Shown: positions 57,301 through 64,000 of the stretch, in pieces
How the letters are laid out: every line of letters begins with the position of its first letter
Numbering within the stretch: position 1 is the first letter of the stretch
Assembly: GCA_964016885.1 (NCBI GenBank)
Contig: OZ024764.1
Coordinates: 8,866,001-8,930,000 of the forward strand
Origin: Eledone cirrhosa
Taxonomy: Eukaryota
Length of the DNA stretch: 64,000 bases
Direction: 5' to 3'
Notes under the pieces: generated by a model
What the model saw: only the letters and a program-made list of their open reading frames with translations
What the model was told of the DNA's origin: nothing
The model's database searches: none
Translations under genes and position numbers: made by a program

Positions 57301-60300
57301 TCCCATTGCTATAGGTTCATAGACCCAGAATTCCCAAAGTCCCATTGCTATAGGTTCATAGACCCAGAATTCCCAAAGTCCCATTGCTATCGGTTCATAG
57401 ACCCAGAATTCCCAAAGTCTCATTGCTATAGGTTCATAGACCCAGAATTCCCAAAGTCTCATTGCTATCGGTTCATAGACCCAGAATTCCCAAAGTCCCA
57501 TTGCTATCGGTTCATAGACCCAGAATTCCCAAAGTCCCATTGCTATAGGTTCATAGACCCAGAATTCCCAAAGTCCCATTGCTATCGGTTCATAGACCCA
57601 GAATTCCCAAAGTCCCATTGCTATAGGTTCATAGACCCAGAATTCCCAAAGTCCCATTGCTGTAGGTTCATAGACCCAGAATTCCCAAAGTCCCATTGCT
57701 GTAGGTTCATAGACCCAGAATTCCCAAAGTCCCATTGCTATAGGTTCATAGACCCAGAATTCCCAAAGTCCCATTGCTATAGGTTCATAGACCCAGAATT
57801 CCCAAAGTCTCCATTGCTATCGGTTCATAGACCCAGAATTCCCAAAGTCTCCATTGCTATCGGTTCATAGACCCAGAATTCCCAAAGTCCCATTGCTATA
57901 GGTTCATAGACCCAGAATTCCCAAAGTCTCATTGCTATAGGTTCATAGACCCAGAATTCCCAAAGTCCCATTGCTATAGGTTCATAGACCCAGAATTCCC
58001 AAAGTCCCATTGCTATAGGTTCATAGACCCAGAATTCCCAAAGTCTCATTGCTATAGGTTCATAGACCCAGAATTCCCAAAGTCTCATTGCTATCGGTTC
58101 ATAGACCCAGAATTCCCAAAGTCCCATTGCTATAGGTTCATAGACCCAGAATTCCCAAAGTCCCATTGCTATAGGTTCATAGACCCAGAATTCCCAAAGT
58201 CCCATTGCTATCGGTTCATAGACCCAGAATTCCCAAAGTCTCATTGCTATAGGTTCATAGACCCAGAATTCCCAAAGTCTCATTGCTATCGGTTCATAGA
58301 CCCAGAATTCCCAAAGTCCCATTGCTATCGGTTCATAGACCCAGAATTCCCAAAGTCCCATTGCTATAGGTTCATAGACCCAGAATTCCCAAAGTCCCAT
58401 TGCTATCGGTTCATAGACCCAGAATTCCCAAAGTCCCATTGCTATAGGTTCATAGACCCAGAATTCCCAAAGTCCCATTGCTGTAGGTTCATAGACCCAG
58501 AATTCCCAAAGTCCCATTGCTGTAGGTTCATAGACCCAGAATTCCCAAAGTCCCATTGCTATAGGTTCATAGACCCAGAATTCCCAAAGTCCCATTGCTA
58601 TAGGTTCATAGACCCAGAATTCCCAAAGTCTCCATTGCTATCGGTTCATAGACCCAGAATTCCCAAAGTCTCCATTGCTATCGGTTCATAGACCCAGAAT
58701 TCCCAAAGTCTCCATTGCTATAGGTTCATAGACCCAGAATTCCCAAAGTCTCCATTGCTGTAGGTTCATAGACCCAGAATTCCCAAAGTCTCCATTGCTG
58801 TAGGTTCATAGACCCAGAATTCCCAAAGTCTCCATTGCTATCGGTTCATAGACCCAGAATTCCCAAAGTCTCCATTGCTGTAGGTTCATAGACCCAGAAT
58901 TCCCAAAGTCTCCATTGCTGTAGGTTCATAGACCCAGAATTCCCAAAGTCTCCATTGCTATCGGTTCATAGACCCAGAATTCCCAAAGTCTCCATTGCTG
59001 TAGGTTCATAGACCCAGAATTCCCAAAGTCTCCATTGCTATCGGTTCATAGACCCAGAATTCCCAAAGTCTCCATTGCTGTAGGTTCATAGACCCAGAAT
59101 TCCCAAAGTCTCCATTGCTATCGGTTCATAGACCCAGAATTCCCAAAGTCTCCATTGCTGTAGGTTCATAGACCCAGAATTCCCAAAGTCTCCATTGCTG
59201 TAGGTTCATAGACCCAGAATTCCCAAAGTCTCCATTGCTATCGGTTCATAGACCCAGAATTCCCAAAGTCTCCATTGCTGTAGGTTCATAGACCCAGAAT
59301 TCCCAAAGTCCCATTGCTATAGGTTCATAGACCCAGAATTCCCAAAGTCTCCATTGCTATCGGTTCATAGACCCAGAATTCCCAAAGTCTCCATTGCTGT
59401 AGGTTCATAGACCCAGAATTCCCAAAGTCTCCATTGCTATCGGTTCATAGACCCAGAATTCCCAAAGTCCCATTGCTATAGGTTCATAGACCCAGAATTC
59501 CCAAAGTCTCCATTGCTATCGGTTCATAGACCCAGAATTCCCAAAGTCCCATTGCTATAGGTTCATAGACCCAGAATTCCCAAAGTCTCCATTGCTATAG
59601 GTTCATAGACCCAGAATTCCCAAAGTCCCATTGCTATAGGTTCATAGACCCAGAATTCCCAAAGTCCCATTGCTATAGGTTCATAGACCCAGAATTCCCA
59701 AAGTCTCCATTGCTATAGGTTCATAGACCCAGAATTCCCAAAGTCCCATTGCTATAGGTTCATAGACCCAGAATTCCCAAAGTCCCATTGCTATCGGTTC
59801 ATAGACCCAGAATTCCCAAAGTCTCCATTGCTATAGGTTCATAGACCCAGAATTCCCAAAGTCCCATTGCTATAGGTTCATAGACCCAGAATTCCCAAAG
59901 TCCCATTGCTATAGGTTCATAGACCCAGAATTCCCAAAGTCTCCATTGCTATAGGTTCATAGACCCAGAATTCCCAAAGTCCCATTGCTATAGGTTCATA
60001 GACCCAGAATTCCCAAAGTCCCATTGCTATAGGTTCATAGACCCAGAATTCCCAAAGTCTCCATTGCTATCGGTTCATAGACCCAGAATTCCCAAAGTCT
60101 CCATTGCTATAGGTTCATAGACCCAGAATTCCCAAAGTCTCCATTGCTATCGGTTCATAGACCCAGAATTCCCAAAGTCTCCATTGCTGTAGGTTCATAG
60201 ACCCAGAATTCCCAAAGTCCCATTGCTATAGGTTCATAGACCCAGAATTCCCAAAGTCTCCATTGCTATCGGTTCATAGACCCAGAATTCCCAAAGTCTC

Positions 60301-63300
60301 CATTGCTGTAGGTTCATAGACCCAGAATTCCCAAAGTCCCATTGCTATAGGTTCATAGACCCAGAATTCCCAAAGTCTCCATTGCTATCGGTTCATAGAC
60401 CCAGAATTCCCAAAGTCCCATTGCTATAGGTTCATAGACCCAGAATTCCCAAAGTCTCCATTGCTATCGGTTCATAGACCCAGAATTCCCAAAGTCTCCA
60501 TTGCTATAGGTTCATAGACCCAGAATTCCCAAAGTCTCCATTGCTATCGGTTCATAGACCCAGAATTCCCAAAGTCCCATTGATATAGGTTCATAGACCC
60601 AGAATTCCCAAAGTCTCCATTGCTATAGGTTCATAGACCCAGAATTCCCAAAGTCCCATTGCTATAGGTTCATAGACCCAGAATTCCCAAAGTCTCCATT
60701 GCTATCGGTTCATAGACCCAGAATTCCCAAAGTCTCCATTGCTGTAGGTTCATAGACCCAGAATTCCCAAAGTCCCATTGCTATAGGTTCATAGACCCAG
60801 AATTCCCAAAGTCTCCATTGCTATCGGTTCATAGACCCAGAATTCCCAAAGTCCCATTGCTATAGGTTCATAGACCCAGAATTCCCAAAGTCTCCATTGC
60901 TATCGGTTCATAGACCCAGAATTCCCAAAGTCTCCATTGCTATAGGTTCATAGACCCAGAATTCCCAAAGTCTCCATTGCTATCGGTTCATAGACCCAGA
61001 ATTCCCAAAGTCCCATTGATATAGGTTCATAGACCCAGAATTCCCAAAGTCTCCATTGCTATAGGTTCATAGACCCAGAATTCCCAAAGTCCCATTGCTA
61101 TAGGTTCATAGACCCAGAATTCCCAAAGTCTCCATTGCTATCGGTTCATAGACCCAGAATTCCCAAAGTCTCCATTGCTGTAGGTTCATAGACCCAGAAT
61201 TCCCAAAGTCCCATTGCTATAGGTTCATAGACCCAGAATTCCCAAAGTCTCCATTGCTATAGGTTCATAGACCCAGAATTCCCAAAGTCCCATTGCTATA
61301 GGTTCATAGACCCAGAATTCCCAAAGTCTCCATTGCTGTCGGTTCATAGACCCAGAATTCCCAAAGTCCCATTGCTATAGGTTCATAGACCCAGAATTCC
61401 CAAAGTCCCATTGCTATAGGTTCATAGACCCAGAATTCCCAAAGTCTCCATTGCTGTCGGTTCATAGACCCAGAATTCCCAAAGTCTCCATTGCTATCGG
61501 TTCATAGACCCAGAATTCCCAAAGTCTCCATTGCTATCGGTTCATAGACCCAGAATTCCCAAAGTCCCATTGCTATCGGTTCATAGACCCAGAATTCCCA
61601 AAGTCTCCATTGCTATCGGTTCATAGACCCAGAATTCCCAAAGTCTCCATTGCTATCGGTTCATAGACCCAGAATTCCCAAAGTCCCATTGCTATCGGTT
61701 CATAGACCCAGAATTCCCAAAGTCTCCATTGCTATCGGTTCATAGACCCAGAATTCCCAAAGTCCCATTGCTATAGGTTCATAGACCCAGAATTCCCAAA
61801 GTCTCCATTGCTATAGGTTCATAGACCCAGAATTCCCAAAGTCCCATTGCTATAGGTTCATAGACCCAGAATTCCCAAAGTCCCATTGCTATAGGTTCAT
61901 AGACCCAGAATTCCCAAAGTCTCCATTGCTATAGGTTCATAGACCCAGAATTCCCAAAGTCTCCATTGCTATCGGTTCATAGACCCAGAATTCCCAAAGT
62001 CCCATTGCTATAGGTTCATAGACCCAGAATTCCCAAAGTCTCCATTGCTATAGGTTCATAGACCCAGAATTCCCAAAGTCTCCATTGCTATAGGTTCATA
62101 GACCCAGAATTCCCAAAGTCTCCATTGCTATCGGTTCATAGACCCAGAATTCCCAAAGTCCCATTGCTATAGGTTCATAGACCCAGAATTCCCAAAGTCC
62201 CATTGCTATCGGTTCATAGACCCAGAATTCCCAAAGTCCCATTGCTATCGGTTCATAGACCCAGAATTCCCAAAGTCCCATTGCTATCGGTTCATAGACC
62301 CAGAATTCCCAAAGTCCCATTGCTATAGGTTCATAGACCCAGAATTCCCAAAGTCCCATTGCTATAGGTTCATAGACCCAGAATTCCCAAAGTCCCATTG
62401 CTATCGGTTCATAGACCCAGAATTCCCAAAGTCTCCATTGCTATCGGTTCATAGACCCAGAATTCCCAAAGTCCCATTGCTATCGGTTCATAGACCCAGA
62501 ATTCCCAAAGTCCCATTGCTATAGGTTCATAGACCCAGAATTCCCAAAGTCTCCATTGCTATCGGTTCATAGACCCAGAATTCCCAAAGTCCCATTGCTA
62601 TCGGTTCATAGACCCAGAATTCCCAAAGTCCCATTGCTATAGGTTCATAGACCCAGAATTCCCAAAGTCCCATTGCTATAGGTTCATAGACCCAGAATTC
62701 CCAAAGTCCCATTGCTATAGGTTCATAGACCCAGAATTCCCAAAGTCTCCATTGCTATCGGTTCATAGACCCAGAATTCCCAAAGTCTCCATTGCTATCG
62801 GTTCATAGACCCAGAATTCCCAAAGTCCCATTGCTATCGGTTCATAGACCCAGAATTCCCAAAGTCCCATTGCTATAGGTTCATAGACCCAGAATTCCCA
62901 AAGTCCCATTGCTATAGGTTCATAGACCCAGAATTCCCAAAGTCTCCATTGCTATCGGTTCATAGACCCAGAATTCCCAAAGTCCCATTGCTATCGGTTC
63001 ATAGACCCAGAATTCCCAAAGTCCCATTGCTATAGGTTCATAGACCCAGAATTCCCAAAGTCCCATTGCTATAGGTTCATAGACCCAGAATTCCCAAAGT
63101 CCCATTGCTATAGGTTCATAGACCCAGAATTCCCAAAGTCCCATTGCTATAGGTTCATAGACCCAGAATTCCCAAAGTCCCATTGCTATAGGTTCATAGA
63201 CCCAGAATTCCCAAAGTCCCATTGCTATAGGTTCATAGACCCAGAATTCCCAAAGTCTCCATTGCTATCGGTTCATAGACCCAGAATTCCCAAAGTCTCC

Positions 63301-64000
63301 ATTGCTATCGGTTCATAGACCCAGAATTCCCAAAGTCCCATTGCTATCGGTTCATAGACCCAGAATTCCCAAAGTCCCATTGCTATAGGTTCATAGACCC
63401 AGAATTCCCAAAGTCCCATTGCTATAGGTTCATAGACCCAGAATTCCCAAAGTCCCATTGCTATAGGTTCATAGACCCAGAATTCCCAAAGTCCCATTGC
63501 TATAGGTTCATAGACCCAGAATTCCCAAAGTCTCCATTGCTATCGGTTCATAGACCCAGAATTCCCAAAGTCCCATTGCTATCGGTTCATAGACCCAGAA
63601 TTCCCAAAGTCCCATTGCTATAGGTTCATAGACCCAGAATTCCCAAAGTCCCATTGCTATAGGTTCATAGACCCAGAATTCCCAAAGTCCCATTGCTATA
63701 GGTTCATAGACCCAGAATTCCCAAAGTCTCCATTGCTATCGGTTCATAGACCCAGAATTCCCAAAGTCCCATTGCTATCGGTTCATAGACCCAGAATTCC
63801 CAAAGTCCCATTGCTATAGGTTCATAGACCCAGAATTCCCAAAGTCCCATTGCTATAGGTTCATAGACCCAGAATTCCCAAAGTCCCATTGCTATAGGTT
63901 CATAGACCCAGAATTCCCAAAGTCCCATTGCTATAGGTTCATAGACCCAGAATTCCCAAAGTCTCCATTGCTATCGGTTCATAGACCCAGAATTCCCAAA
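30318..64000. repeat. large satellite DNA, 39/40-bp monomer GACCCAGAATTCCCAAAGTC(T)CCATTGCTAT(A/C)GGTTCATA; roughly 830 copies visible; runs off the window
   Basis: Homogeneous tandem array from about 31030, divergent precursor monomers at 30318-31030, EcoRI site in nearly every unit. Confidence 0.98.
41000..41199. other. assembly gap (200 N)
   Basis: Run of N inside the satellite; the true array length is unknown. Confidence 0.99.

Noticed and set aside
56770-58595. 334-aa and 256-aa ORFs of repeated PIAMGLWEFWVYE (and FIDPEFPKSHCYR on the + strand elsewhere)
   Set aside because: They arise wherever consecutive 39-bp monomers occur. The 40-bp variants break the frame at random, and there is no sign of coding selection.
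30318-64000. CRISPR-like array (repeat about 39 bp)
   Set aside because: No unique spacers, no cas genes, and a eukaryotic context.

Overview
Eukaryotic, repeat-saturated window. The SINE families, microsatellite load and gene structure suggest a coleoid cephalopod such as Octopus; this is an inference. Positions 9306-20562 (+) carry the last 9 coding exons of an EHBP1 (EH domain-binding protein 1) orthologue. They splice in consistent phase through GT-AG introns, encode the C-terminal bMERB/DUF3585 Rab-binding domain, and end in a CaaX box (CSVQ*). A probably long 3' UTR follows. The introns contain tRNA-derived SINEs, LINE fragments (CR1/L2-group, RTE-X), mariner/Tc1/pogo-type and piggyBac-type non-autonomous DNA transposons (several nested), and AT/CA/CAC microsatellites. 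From about 30.3 kb to the window end lies a >33 kb satellite of 39/40-bp EcoRI-containing monomers, with a 200-N gap, an ancestral-looking edge zone and higher-order structure. A recurring theme is tandem amplification of short functional ends: a LINE 3' stem-loop, SINE 3' halves, both MITE ends and exon splice-donor junctions. Nearly all ORFs in the supplied track are artefacts of repeats. I found no clearly new protein-coding system.
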